Shown here: positions 47,965-61,132 of the stretch, in pieces
How the letters are laid out: the number at the start of each line of letters is the position of its first letter
Position numbering within the stretch: the first letter of the stretch is position 1
Assembly (NCBI RefSeq): GCF_020745735.1
Contig: NC_083409.1
Span: 11,525,052 to 11,589,051 of the forward strand
DNA: 64,000 nucleotides
Direction: 5' to 3'
Origin: Hemiscyllium ocellatum
Taxonomy: Eukaryota
Notes under the pieces: generated by a model
Told to the model about the DNA's origin: nothing
Seen by the model: the letters and a program-made list of their open reading frames with translations, nothing else
Database searches by the model: none
Translations under genes and position numbers: made by a program

Positions 47965-50057
47965 CTGAAATACAAGAGAAACAATTTTATTCCCTGCCAT
48001 TCAAACTGATTTCAACTCTCTGAACATTCACTGATAAAACAATCCGTTTGAACACTTGTATCCAATACCTAACAAACCCCATAAAAGGACAGGGATTTTT
48101 AAAAATTGCTTCTTGGGATGTGTCACTGGCAGGGCCAGCATTTATTACCCATCCCTAATTGCCCCTGAGAAGGTGATGGTGAAAGAAAAGGGACAGTTTT
48201 GGACCATTGCTTAGAGAATGAATGTGGGCAGCTGGAAGGGCTATCAATGGGGAAGCATTTCAGTGACAGGGATCAGAACTCAGTGAGACTGAGAGTAGGG
48301 ATCGGAATGGAGAACCGTGCAACAAGTGTAAAAGTTTTCATTTGGGAACAAACCATTTTACTGAACTGAGCAGTGACTTGGTAAAACTGGGCTGAAAAAC
48401 GAAATGCAGGGGTGAAAGCAAAGAGCTGACAGGATGAAATACATCAAATGAAGTCAAGGAAATCCCAGTGATGTTGATAATCACCGAAAGAACAAGAGAA
48501 TGAAGGAATGTATGAGACCCATTAAAAAAAAAGGGACAAAGCAGGAACTTTGTCAGGAGGAGGACTGTACAATATTGGAAAGGCATCTTTCACATCTGAA
48601 AGACTCCCAGTTCATCCAATGAAAAGAAAGATTCATGCTGTCCCAAAGACATTTGCAGACAGTGCGGGACTTGTTTGAAATATGGTTGTTGTTGTAATAT
48701 AGGAAATGTGCAAGCTGGATTGTGCACAGCAAGATCCCACAAGCAACAATGAACCATGGAACATTTTGAGTGATGTTTGTTCAGGGATAAATATCAGCCT
48801 GAATACGATTCAAAGAGAAAGTAACTGGAAGAGTTGGATAGAGAATGAGAAAATGTAAGTTAAAGGAGAAGGGAGGATTACTGGGTAGTGATGGGATTGA
48901 TTGTTACCAGGAAATAAAAGGAAGGGTTAGAATATTGTAAATGTCATATTGTACTAAGGAAACTTAAAAGTGTAGGGAAGCTCAATACTAGAACAAACTT
49001 AAAGGCTTTGTCTCTTAATGCATGACCCATTCAGAATAAGGCAGACAAAGTGGTACCACACAAGCCAAGGTAAATCAAGCTTCAAGAAATTTAAACTGTT
49101 TGAAGAAGGTAGGGGCTCAGGACACTTTATTAAAGTATCCAGACTAAGCAATAGGATGGAGAGTATGGAAAGGATCAGGAATTGAACTTGAGGCCCCGCA
49201 GGGTGGAATGGTGGATCAGTGGTTAGCACTGCTGTCTCACAGCTCCGCAGACACAGACTCAATTTCAACTGACTGTCTGTGTGGAGTTTATACATTCTCC
49301 CCGTGTCCACTTGGGTTTCCTCCCATTGACACAAAGATGTGTAGGATAGGAGGATTATCCATGGGAATGGTAGGGTGGGTGGGATACGTCTTGGAGGGTC
49401 AGTCTGGGCTGAATGGTCTGCTTCCACACTGTCGGTATTCTATGATTTCTAAAGGAGATAACTATGAGAAGGAAGCAGGTAATGCATGACTGAGAGTGCA
49501 GTACTTAGATGCATCGAGTATATGAAACAAGGTAAATGAGCCTGCAGTGCAGGGACATGGCTGCAAGGGGATCAGGGCTGGGAACTAAATTTCCAAGGAT
49601 ATACATCCTGTTGAAAGGAAACGCAGGGGGACAGAGAGTCACGTGTGAAGGAGGAACTGAAGGTAATCCTTTTTAGTCAGGAAATGGTCTTGGGGAGACT
49701 GATGGTATCAAAACTTAATGTGTCCCCAGGGCCTGGTGCTCTACATCCCAGAGTACTTCAGAAAGTAAGTGTCAAAATAGTGGACCCATTAGTGGAAAGT
49801 GACCAACATTCTGTTGACTTTGACAGAGTTCCAATGGACTGGATAGTATCCAATGCAACTCCACTTTTTAATAAAAGGAGGGAGAGTGCAAATGAGGAAT
49901 TAGACATGAGGAAAACGCTGGAGTCAGTTATTAAAGATATAATAACTGAGCATTTGGAAAGCAGTGACAGAATCGGTCAAAGTCATCACAGATTTACTAA
50001 AGGGAAATGAGGCCTGGCACATCTTCTGGAAGTTTTTGAGGATGTGATCAGTAGAGA
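47965..50057 (-). other. Truncated, diverged J-C intron of C3
   Basis: Blocks colinear with cluster 1 (about 9530-10267, 7530-7570, 6050-6820, 4670-5100) at visibly lower identity; homology stops at the L1 insertion. Confidence 0.7.
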
Positions 50058-53000
50058 GTGGGTGTAGGAGATTCAAGATGGCAGCAGTCTGAACAGTCTG
50101 GTGTGTTGGGCTCTGTGCCATACCCCAGGCAAGGTGGGTTCCTACCCCTCCCCCCATTGTTAGTCTCCCCTGACAAGCCGGGCACGCCCGCAGCCGTTAC
50201 CTCAAACCCTGTGGCAGCGCCCTTCAGTTCAGTGCAGCAACAGAATTTACTAACGAAGCCTTGGAGGCCACAATGGAGAGCTCCAAGGGGCGGGCCTTGA
50301 AGGAACAAGTAGACGACCTCGAAAATCAAGGTCAGAGAAAAATCAACAGATCTTGGGCTTACCTGAGCATGTAGAAGGTGAAAACCTTGCTGATTTCCTC
50401 AAGCGGTGGCCTCTGGAGTAGCTGGGCCTGGAGATCAAGTCGGGCCGGGTGAGTGTGGAGTGGGTCCACCGCATCGTGATGTGTAGGTCTGGGCCGGCCC
50501 AGCACGACTCCAGCATCACAAGGAAAAGCATTTAATGATAGAAACAGCCAGAAGACTGGGAAGGGATCCACAGGCTTTGGCTTATGAAGGTTTGAAAATA
50601 ATGTTTTTCATGACTTTTCTGGGGCCATAATTAAGAAAAGAAAGATCTTTGATGATGTCAAGAAAACAAAATTCAACATTGAATACTCTCTGAGGTACCC
50701 GGCGGTGCGACGTCTCAGTTATGGGGGAGCTGTCTACAACTTCGACTTGACGGAAAAAGTAAAAGAACTCTTGAATTCGCTGAAATGATAGACTTTGACC
50801 GAGAAGGAAGAAGGAAAAGAGGCGTGTGGACAATGGCATAATGTAGTTTTTAAAAATCTTCTCTCTTTGATCTTTTCCCTTTTGGATCTCACACTTTGTA
50901 GGCTTGGTATTGCTTTAGTGGGAGATCTGGTATGTTTTATATTCTATCTGTTTGGTGGTTTTTAATTATTCTATTGTTCTGATTTGCTGGGTGAGGGTGG
51001 TTAATCCTTTGATGTAAAGATGTGTGGGGATGAGATGAGAAGGGGGAGGGATGGGTGTCCGTTGTTAACTTGTCGGGGTGGAAATAATATGTTATTTTTC
51101 CCTTTGTTTGGGTTTGGGGCGCGGCCTTAACTGGAAGGTGCTGGGATGGTTGTGAGGTTGGGAGTGAATGGCACCAATGGGCAAGGGGTGGATCTCTGGA
51201 AATTTGTGTTTTTTGTGTTTATTTGTTGACATTAGGAGTAGTGGTTAGATTTTTAGACAATAGACAATAGGTGCAGGAGTAGGCCATTCTGCCCTTCGAG
51301 CCTGCACCACCATTCAATATGACCATGGCTGATCATCCTTAATCAGTATCCTGTTCCTGCCTTATCTCCATAACCCTTGATTCCACTATCCTTGAGAGCT
51401 CTATCCAACTCTTTCTTCAATGAATCCAGAGACTGGGACTCCACTGCCCTCTGGGGCAGAGCATTCCACACAGCCACCACTCTCTGGGTGAAGAAGTTTC
51501 TCCTCATCTCTGTCCTAAATGGTCTACCCCGTAATTTTAAGCTGTGTCCTCTGGTTTGGCACTCACCCATCAGCGGAAACATGTTTCCTGCCTTCAGAGT
51601 ATCCAATCCTTTCATAATCTTATATGTCTCAATCAGATCCCCTCTCAGCCTTCTAAACTCAAGGGTATACAAGCCCAGTCGCTCCAGTCTTTCAGCGTAA
51701 GGTAGTCCTGCCATTCCAGGAATTAACCTCGTGAACCTACGCTGCACTCCCTCAATAGCTAGAATGTCTTTCCTCAAGTTTGCAGACCAGAACTGCACAA
51801 AATACTCCAGGTGTGTTCTCACCAGGGCCCTGTACAGCTGCAGAAGAACCTCTTTGCTTCTATACTCAATCCCTCTTCTTATGAAGGCCAGCATGCTATT
51901 AGCCTTCTTCACTGCCTGCTGTACCTGCATGCTTACCTTCATTGACTGGTGTACAAGAACACCCAGATCTCTTTGTACTGCCCCTTTACCTAAATTGATT
52001 CCATGTAGGCAGTAATCTGCCTTCCTGTTCTTGCCACCAAAGTGGATGACCATACATTTATCCACATTGAACTGCATCTGCCATGCATCTGATCACTCAC
52101 CTAACCTGTCCAGGTCACCCTGTAATCTCCTAACATACTCCTCACATTTCACTGTGCCACACAGGTAAGCATCATCAGCAAATTTGTTAATGTTATGACT
52201 GATACCATCTTCTATATCATTGATATAAATTGTGAAAACCTGCAGTCCCAGCACTGATCCCTGTGGTACCCCACTGGTCACTTCCTGCCATTCCAAAATG
52301 GAGCCGTCTATCACTACTCTTTGTATCCTGTCGTCCAATCAACTTTCAATCCAAGTTAGTACTTTGCCCTGAATTCCATGCACCCTAATTTTGCTCACTA
52401 ACCTCCAATGTGGGACTTTATCAAAAGCTTTCTGAAAGTCCAGGTACACTATATCTACTGCATCTCCCTCGTCCATCTTCAGAGTTACATCCTCAAAAAA
52501 TTCCAGAAGATTAGTCAAGCATGATTTCCCCTTCATAAATCCATGCTGACTATGACCTATCCTGTTATTACTATCCATATGTTTCGTAATTTCATCCTGT
52601 GCAATAGACTCCAGCATCTTTCCCACCACTGAGGTCAGACTAACTTGTCAATAATCTCCTGCTTTCTCTCTCCCACCTTTCTTAAAAAGTGGTACAACAT
52701 TAGCCACCCTCCAATCCGCAGGAACTGATCCTGAATCTATCGAAAACTGGAAAATAATCACCAACGCTTCCACAATTTCTCGAGCCACTTCCTTCAGTAC
52801 CCTGGGATGTAGACCATCAGACCCCGGGGACTTATCAACCTTCAGACCTAACAGTCTCTCCAACACCAATTCCTGGCAAATGTAAATTCCCTTAAGTTCA
52901 GGTCCTTCAGCCACTGTTACCTCAGGGAGATTGTTTGTGTCTTCCCCAGTGAACACTGATCTGTAGTACCAATTCAATTCTTCTGCCATTTCTTTGTTCT

Positions 53001-56000
53001 CCGTAATATATTCCCCTATATCTGTCTTCAAGGCCCCAATTTTAGTCTTAAGTTGTTTTGGTGGTGTTTGTCGAAATTGGCTTAAGATTTGATAAAGTCT
53101 GTGTTGTTTCTTTCCCACTCGTTGCATATTGAATGGGCTCCTTCCTCTCGGGGGTGACTGCGGGCTGCAGTGTGAGGTCATGGCTAGTGATCTGTTCAGG
53201 TGGTGCACCTGGAATATAACGGGGAGTCATTCCCCCATTAAAAGGAAAAAGGTGCTCACAAATCTTAAAAAGGGAAGGGTTGACATTGCTCCACTGCAAG
53301 ATATGCTTTTGACTGACAGGGAACATCTGAAGTTACAACAGGGGGGGGGGATATGATAGGGTATTCTTCTCCTCTTTCAACTCCAAATGCAGAGGAGTGG
53401 CCATATTGGTACGAAGGAACCTCCCATTTCAGGTGATCGATCAAACCAAGGATGAGCATGGATGGTTCATTATTCTCAAGGCTGTGGTACAAAGAGAAGA
53501 GTATGGCATCCTGAACGTTTACTGTCCCGCGGCACATCCTCTCAAATTTTTAATTAATGCAGTCTTTAAGTTAATGGCTCTTGGGATGCGCTGTATGTTT
53601 ATAGGAGGAGACCTATGTCTCATGGACCCTGGGGTGGACAGGATGCAAAGGGGGCTGTCGGGTACACCTCTGCAGACTAGGCAGTTAGTGGACTTGTGTG
53701 AGGAGTTGAGATTGGTGGATGTGTGGAGGTGCCCCCACCCAAATGGGAGGGACTTTACCTTTTACTCCAACCTGCCCAAGTGCCACACAAGAATTGAAAT
53801 GTTCTTTGTTCCATCGGCTTGTTTGGACTTGGTGTTAGCCTGCAGGATTGGGGACGTAACTATTTCGAACCATCTGGCAGTATATTTAGGTGTTAAGACC
53901 AAAGGTAGTGGAGTAGACACACAACAATGTCGCACAAATCCGTTTCTGTTGAAGGATGTCAACTCTGTACAGCGTATCACAAGGGAGTTCAAGGTATTTT
54001 GGGACATCAATTGGGCTATGGCCAGTAACCCATCAGTGCTCTGGGTGACCACCAAAGCATTCTTAAGGGGTTTGATTATTTCACACTTGACAATGAGAAG
54101 GAGGCAGAGAGGACAGCAGCAGCTGATACTTGAGGCCCGGCTGAAGGCAGCCAAATCGGCATATTACCCCAGACCACCTGGGATCAGATTACAACGGGTC
54201 ATGGCTCTCCGGGCTGCTCTGGACTCAGCGCTCACACAAGTGGAAAAGAGAGGGGTGTCCTTTGCAAAGCAAAGGCTGTTTGAATATGGGGATAAGTGAG
54301 GTAGATCCCTGGTTTACCTGGCTAGGAAGGAAAGTGCTCCGCAGTCCATTGTGTTTATCAGGGAGAGAACTGGCAATGTCACTCGTGAACTGAAGAAAAT
54401 CGATGCCAGATTCCGGGCGTTCTATGCCGGGTTACACCGGTCAGAGGGCTGTGGGGATGGAGAAGTGAGAATGGAATCCTTTTTTTGAAAACTTGGCCTT
54501 CCCTGGTATAAATGCAGATCAGGCCTCCCTCTGACAGTACAGGAGGTGCAAGAGGCGTTAAGGCAGCTCCAAGGTGGTACAGTACCTGGTCCAGACAGAT
54601 TCCCATGTGGATTTTACAAGGAGTTCATACGCATGTAGCTGAACCACTGCTGGAGCTGTATAGTCATTCCTATGGCCAGGGCTGTCTTCCACCTTCTCTT
54701 ACAGAGGCTAATATCTCCCTTACTTTAAACAAAGGGAAAGACCCTGAGGATTGTGCATTGTATAGACCCACCTCGTTGTTGAATGTGGATTTCAAAATTC
54801 TATCAAAGGTGTCAGTTCTGAGACTGGAGAAGGTGCTGCCTGTTTTTATAAAAGAGGAGCAGATGGGTTTTATCACAGGCCGCAGCTCCTCCAACAATAT
54901 CAGGCGGGTATTGCACATAGTTCAACTATGTCAGCAGAGAATGATTCCGGGTTTGCTGGTCTCCCTGGAGGCAGAAAAGGCTTTTAATTGGGTGGGAAAA
55001 AACGCTCGTATCTCTTTGCTGTTCTCGATCGTTTTGGTGTGGGCGGGGCCTTCGCCAGGTGGGTGGCGGTGTTATATAAAGACCCCAAAGTGGCGGTTAT
55101 CACGAATGGGGTTAAATTGAGGAACTTTGGTGTGGGGAGGGGCAGCCGACAGGGATGTCCCCTGTTACTGCTACTGTTTACCTTGATACTTGAACCACTG
55201 GCAGGGACTGTCTGAAAAGACCCTGAAATAACGGCACCGAAGGTAGGAGTTGGGGAAACAAAAATCACTCTCAATGTGGACAATGTCCTTCTGTTTGTAG
55301 CTAACCCCGAAAAGCCCTTACCCCAGCTAATACAAAGCATTAAATTATTCGACAGCTTTTTGCGATACAGAATAAATTTTCCAAAATCGGAAGTCCTGCC
55401 TGTGGGGGGATTGGTGCAGGTACTGAAACTGGAGGACGGAATGGAGTTTCCTTTTAGATGGTCACAGAAAGGTTTTCCCTATCTGGGAATTTTTATTACC
55501 CCTCACTTCCCACAACTGTATGGAGCTAACCTTGTGTCGCTGTTTGAGAGGGTAAAGCAGGACTTGCAGCGATGGGAGGGAATACCCAGATCATGGCTCA
55601 GCCGTGTAGCCTTGATTAAAGTGAATGTTGTTCCTTGGTTGTTGTATCCTGTGAGGATTCTCCCTTTGTTATTACCCAACCAGGTGCTGCGGAGGTTTGC
55701 GTAATGGCTTGGATCATTTATTTGGCACTGTCAGCACAACTTAATTAAATTTACCAAGTTGCAACTTCCGCAGGATAAGAGGGGGTGGTGGACCTCCCAG
55801 ATCAGAAGAGATGTCAAATTGGCACCCTGTTGCTATATGTAGGTGAATGGGTGCGTAATGACTCAAAGACGATGTGGCTTGATGTAGAGGCCTCGCAGGC
55901 GAGGTATCCCTTCAGAAACTTACTGTTCATGGATAAGATGAGATCGGTAGGTGTGCATTGTGGAAGTCTGATTATCATAAATACAGTAAAGCATGGAGAA

Positions 56001-56947
56001 TAATGTGGCAGGGTGGGGGCAATTTGCCGTTCAACCCGTTAGTGGGACCCCCAGGATTTAGACTGGGATCAAAGGACTCCGGCTTCAGAGCATGGGAACG
56101 TAAAGTAATCCCCTGTCTGGGAGATTTATTTGAGGGAGATGTCGTGATGTCTTTTAGCCATTTAGGTCAGAAATAGGGAATCACTGATTGGGACCATTTC
56201 CGATATTTCCAGGTAAGGGATTCCACATTGCTTTTGGTCCTGTTACAAGATCCGGGATCCTGGGGGGCCATAGTGAATGAGCTGGAGACAATCCTGGGAA
56301 TGGAAGTTTGGGAGGATCTGGTGTCCCCCCTTTTGGGACGACTGAAACTTCCCTCTTTGGGTGAGTACGGGAAGAGGTTATTCAACATTCTTACACATTG
56401 TGTGAGGAAGGACATCCTAATGAATTGAATATCAGCAAAGCCTGCAGGTCTTGCAGGGTGGCACAGACTTGTGATGGAGCACGTCCCACAAGATTACCTG
56501 ACAGTATGGGGAACCACGGAACAGAGCAATTTTATAAGGCATGGCGGCCCTTTCTAAATTACATCAACATGAAACTGTCAGCAGTACTGATTAGGGCCTT
56601 TATATAGGCACGAGGGCTGTATGTGGTAGTCCGGGGACCCAGGGGTTTTGGTGGGTGGGAGGGAGGGGAGTTTTAGTAAATACAGGTATAATCACTGTTG
56701 CTCCTGTGGACGGGAGCCTTGATGGAGGGTGCGGCGAGTGGAGTCATGTAATATAGTACAATGTCGTGCAATTTAATTTTAGTGGATTATAATTAAATTT
56801 CATGTTATTTTATTTAATTTGAGTTTGTGCTGATTTGATTTAAGTTCAGCAAATATGAGACAACTCCTGAACAACAGTTGTTAGTTTATTGACAACATTA
56901 CTGTATTATAATATAATATTTTTTCAATAAATATTCACTAAAAAAAG
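50058..56947 (+). mobile_element. Near-full-length, decayed L1-clade LINE
   Basis: 5' AAGATGGC (50075); ORF1 remnant DDLENQGQRKN..ILGLPE.VEG and YSLRYPA; ORF2 from about 53173 (WNITG..SPIKRKKV; YRPTSLLNVDFKILSK; G.RQGCPL); AATAAA at 56926 and an A tail. Confidence 0.9.
51254..53050 (-). mobile_element. Young CR1 3' fragment nested in the L1 inter-ORF region
   Basis: Long ORFs 52339-52629, 52093-52338 and 51343-52077 with RT motifs; (CTATTGT)n tail. Confidence 0.92.
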
Positions 56948-57039
56948 GAACATTAGGGAAAATTAACAGACAGAAGCACCATGCAACAGAAATGATCAGG
57001 AGTGGCAAAAAAGGAGGGAGAAAAAGATGTTCCTGTCGT

Positions 57040-57238
57040 ATGGAGAAAGAGAGCGAGAGCAAGAGAGAGGGAGAGAGAGAGAGAGCAAGAGAGTTCTGAA
57101 GGAGAAAGAGAGTTCTGAAGGAGAGAGAGAGTTCTGAAAGAGAGAGAGAGAGAGAGACAGAGAAAGTTCTGAAGGAGAGAGATGGAGAGACAGAGAGAGA
57201 GAGACGGAGAGAGAGAGAGTTCTGAAGTTCTGAATCAG
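57040..57238 (+). repeat. Compound (GA)n repeat with an interspersed AGTTCTGAA unit
   Basis: At least five AGTTCTGAA copies separated by GA tracts. Confidence 0.9.
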
Positions 57239-60221
57239 TGCAAGTGATCTCAAAATCTGCTCAAAGTTTGTAACTTTTTCCTGAAAATGATTATCAAAAA
57301 TACAGTCCCTTTAAATGAATAAAAATCAATTGTCCTTTCTGAAATAATTTAAAATCAAAAAATAAAATCAAGACTTATCATAATGAAGTAAGTGCAAGTA
57401 TTTTAAATCCTCAATACTTCTGCCTTCCACTTCAGTCATGCAGATATAGTCCTCCTCACTCAGAGGGAGTATTCAGTGTCTGGTATCAGCCATTGTTCAG
57501 AGTCTCAGAGCTAACATACACCAAACACATATCATCACACCACTAGATATACTTTTTAAAAAGGTAAATGTTGGTGTAAATACAAAAACAAAATTGAATG
57601 TGCAAAAGTCTTTGAATTCAAGTCTATGCTATTGTTTGGATAAATAAATGGGATTAGGTTATCTATAAATAGGTCGGGAAAAAGATTGGCACTTCTGGTA
57701 TCCACATCCTGCCAGTCGGCTGACTCCAGGAAGGATTGATATCCCAAACCAACTACCTATTGAGGAAATTCTATGCCAGATGTCAAAACGTAATCAGAGA
57801 GAGGGGTTTAGAGGCCGAGGTGGATTCTCTTCCGCTCGGGGCATGAGGTTTGGTTTTTTTCTGGAGTCCACAAGTTGGCCGATGGCATGGCCCATGTTAG
57901 GATAACATGAGTTTTAACTGTTTCCCCTGAATCTGATTCAGTACATTGACTGTGTCTTTTATCAGAGCTTCAAAAATATAATCTGCCAACTGCATCTTCA
58001 CACAAAGCTCATCCTCATCATAATTCACCCATTGGGCTTCCTCCTCATAAAGCTCTTGAACCTGCCAGAAAAAACAGAGGGGGTGTTATTGTTTTTATAT
58101 CAAGATTTATTTGTTACAGCTCTTTCCTCTCGTACTGAGCAGCGTTTGCCCTGAAATCACTCAGACTGCAGGCCTCCCACTTTCCTTGTGCCCAGTATCA
58201 CACAAGTGGCCATTCCCACACAGCAAGTGGAGCTTGGACAGGAGTTCTGGAGGGCTCGCTACGAGATCAATGGAGAGTCACTAATTATTCTTGGACAAAA
58301 CAATACCAAGGCTGAGAAGGTTAAGGACTGGCTACATAAATTAGGTCTGACCTGAATATTTCCAGCATTTTTTACTTTTATTTAATAAACGAGGCCTGCA
58401 TTGCCTTGAGTAAAGATGACTAGGGGATGGATCTATAGAAGTGACTGAGATGATTAAACGATTTGACAGCGAAGGAAGTGAGAAACTAGTTCCTTTAACG
58501 AGGCATGCCAGAAATAGGGCATGCAGGAAAATAAGACTTAGGTTGATTAGGGGGGTGATGTGAAGAAGCCTTTAGTCACACCATCAATACTAAAATAATC
58601 TGGTTCCTTCCAGCCTTAAAAACTATTGTGACTGTTACAGCATTTCAATACGAGTGTTGAGAGATATTTGTAAGGTCAAGTGACAGTTCAGAACAATTAG
58701 GAAATCAATATACAGAGTTAAGATACAAATCAGCTATGATGAGGAGTACGAGAACAGACTGAAGGGTGCTGTTGGCTTAATCCTGTTCCTACCTGGTTTT
58801 GAATTTGATTCCAATGCCACAACTCCTCAAACCAGTGAGATCAATCACCAATATTGCCAGTAATATAATGAACGAGTGAAGATGTTTTACTCAGTATGCA
58901 CAACCAGAAAGGAATACACACCACAAGGAAAGAGCTGGTGAGTGTAACTGAATTACACGTTTTAACTTTAGGCTGGCCCTCTGCCCTGGTGTAGCTGTGG
59001 CCTGACGGTATCACTACTTGAGCTGGTGCAGAGCAGAGACTCCCAACCCTTGCCTAATGGACGCACACTATCAGCTGGAAATGTTTGATCCAAAGAAGGA
59101 AAAAAAGCAATTATTTGAATTTTTTGGCATACCAAGCACCCAATTTTTTAAAACTTCAGTGTTGGGATGCATGCTGCCCCCCATTTTTCTTTGGAAAGAT
59201 GTCTTGAAGTGCTACAGCCTGCGTGTTGAAGGTACTCCCACAGCACTGCAAGCTCAGAGATTCCAGGAGATTAACCATGTAAATATAAAAGGAAAGGTGA
59301 TATCTGACCAAGTCAAGGTGGTGGTGTGGCCTGAAGATAACGGTGTTCTTACAGACCTGTTAAACTCATCAATCTGCTGACACATGTTGTGCTGTGACAC
59401 ACCAACACATGGGGAGGACTGGAAAGGTCTGCAAAAACTGTCTTCTAATTTTTCTATACTTTTGATTTTGGACTCAAATGGGGATAAAGCAATTTTAAAC
59501 CCCAAGGATTGTTCAGGGATTGCTGGCACTTTTCATTAGCAAGTTCCCTGACACACACTAAGTGCTAGTCACTTTCAAACAAGCTCGAGCCAAAGGCTGT
59601 GTTCAACGGGAGCTTCAGTCAATAGTAAGTAGCTACCTAGTCACTAGGTCACAGACAAATATCCTTCGGACAAAAACGGAGATTGTCTCCCAGGTAACTG
59701 TTCAGCCGAGGCTGTATACAAGTGAATTGAGAAATCACCAGATCTCCACAAGTTAAGGATCTGTCTCTGCAGTAAAAAGCCTGAAGAAAACCAGCTTCTT
59801 TTCCCTTCAGCACTTGCTGTAAGCTGTGGCTATTAATTGATAAGTTACAGACTTGTACACGTGTGAACTAGTCACCCCGTGCCTCCTGAAAACCAATGGA
59901 AGCATCTGGAGAAGGAAGATCAAGGAACATCATTCTGATCAGCACAAGGATTATCTCAGGAAAAGCCATCAATAGGTCCCATGGAAGTACGTTCCCAGTC
60001 TTTCTCTTGATGCAAAACACCCAGTGCACTTTGTCCCTGTTTTTCTGTCTGTGTATGTGTAATGAGGAATGCATGTGGGAGGGGTTGTTAGTTTTAGTTA
60101 GTAGTTAAATGCCAGTGGTTGGTAATTGTTTGCATTTTTTTGTAACAAACTGTAACCCTTGTTAAGCAAAAAACCCTGACCTGTACTTTCTGTAAAATTG
60201 GGTCTAGAAGACAGGTTTTAT

Positions 60222-60537
60222 GGGCGGCACAGTGGCACAGAGGTTAGCACTGCTGCCTCACAGCGCCTGTAGACCCGGGTTCAATTCCCGACTCAGGCGA
60301 CTGACTGTGTGGAGTTTGCACGTTCTCCCCGTGTCTGCATGGGTTTCCTCCGGGTGCTCCGGTTTCCTCCCACAGTCACAAAGATGTGCGGGTCAGGTGA
60401 ATTGGCCAAGCTAAATTGCCCGTTGTGTTAGGTAAGGGGTAAATGTAGGGGTATGGGTGGGTTGCGCTTCGGCGGGTCGGTGTGGACTTGTTGGGCCGAA
60501 GGGCCTGTTTCCACACTGTAAGTCTAATCTAATCTAA
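60222..60537 (+). mobile_element. Young HE1/V-SINE
   Basis: Full length, with a (TCTAA)n tail. Confidence 0.93.
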
Positions 60538-60552
60538 GTGAGGAACTAAAAA

Positions 60553-60686
60553 AGAAAATGCTGGACAATCTCAGCAGTTCTGGCAGCATCTGTAAGGAGA
60601 GAAAAGAGCTGACATTTTGAGTCTAACTGACTCTTTTCTCTCCTTACAGATGCTGCCAGACCTGCTGAGATTTTCCAGCATTTTCT
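60553..60686. repeat. Long hairpin with arms of about 56 bp, derived from Penelope-type terminal sequence
   Basis: agaaaatgctggacaatctcagcag...gagagaaaagag versus ctcttttctctcc...ctgctgagattttccagcattttct, with a 22-nt loop. Confidence 0.85.
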
Positions 60687-61009
60687 CTTCTGGTTTCAGA
60701 TTCCTGCATCTGCAGTAATTTGCTTTCATTAGGTGAGTGAGGAATTCAATGTACTTCTGAATTTCTTTGAAACTTTTGTGGCAACTAATGAATTTCAGCA
60801 AATTACTCCAGTGAGGGCCAAGTTTTCAATTCAGTCAGAAAGTTGAAGCATTTTCTGGACAAATGCAGGATAGCCAGACAGGTCAGCCAAAGACAGATAA
60901 AGCCTTTGTCATTTAAAATAATAGAAAATTCAGATGTACAATGAGGTTTCGTAATTGTGATACAATGGTACAATATAATACTGAACAGTTCCTAAACTGA
61001 AGCACTTAC

Positions 61010-61132
61010 CAAAATATGGTCCACCCGATCACGTTGTTTGGTGCCAAATTTCTTCAACTTCTGCCAAGCCGTCTTCTGATGTTGCTCTTCATTCAACCCA
61101 AATAACTTCAAAACTTCATTAGAAATGAAGAT
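61010..61132 (-). CDS. Internal coding exon of an unidentified gene
   Basis: Acceptor ttctcctgtgcttctacccacAG|, donor |GTAAGT, 123 nt. Only one frame is open: IFISNEVLKLFGLNEEQHQKTAWQKLKKFGTKQRDRVDHIL. Confidence 0.7.

Noticed and set aside
57040-57238. AGTTCTGAA repeats as heat-shock or STAT elements, or a CRISPR-like array
   Set aside because: TTC-N1-GAA spacing fits neither motif, and the spacers are simple GA tracts in eukaryotic DNA.
47964-61010. In-frame fusion of the 61-kb exon to orphan C3
   Set aside because: The exon ends in phase 0 but C needs phase 1. The join reads GCC GTG AGA ACT CTC AGC CCA AGC TGA, an early stop.
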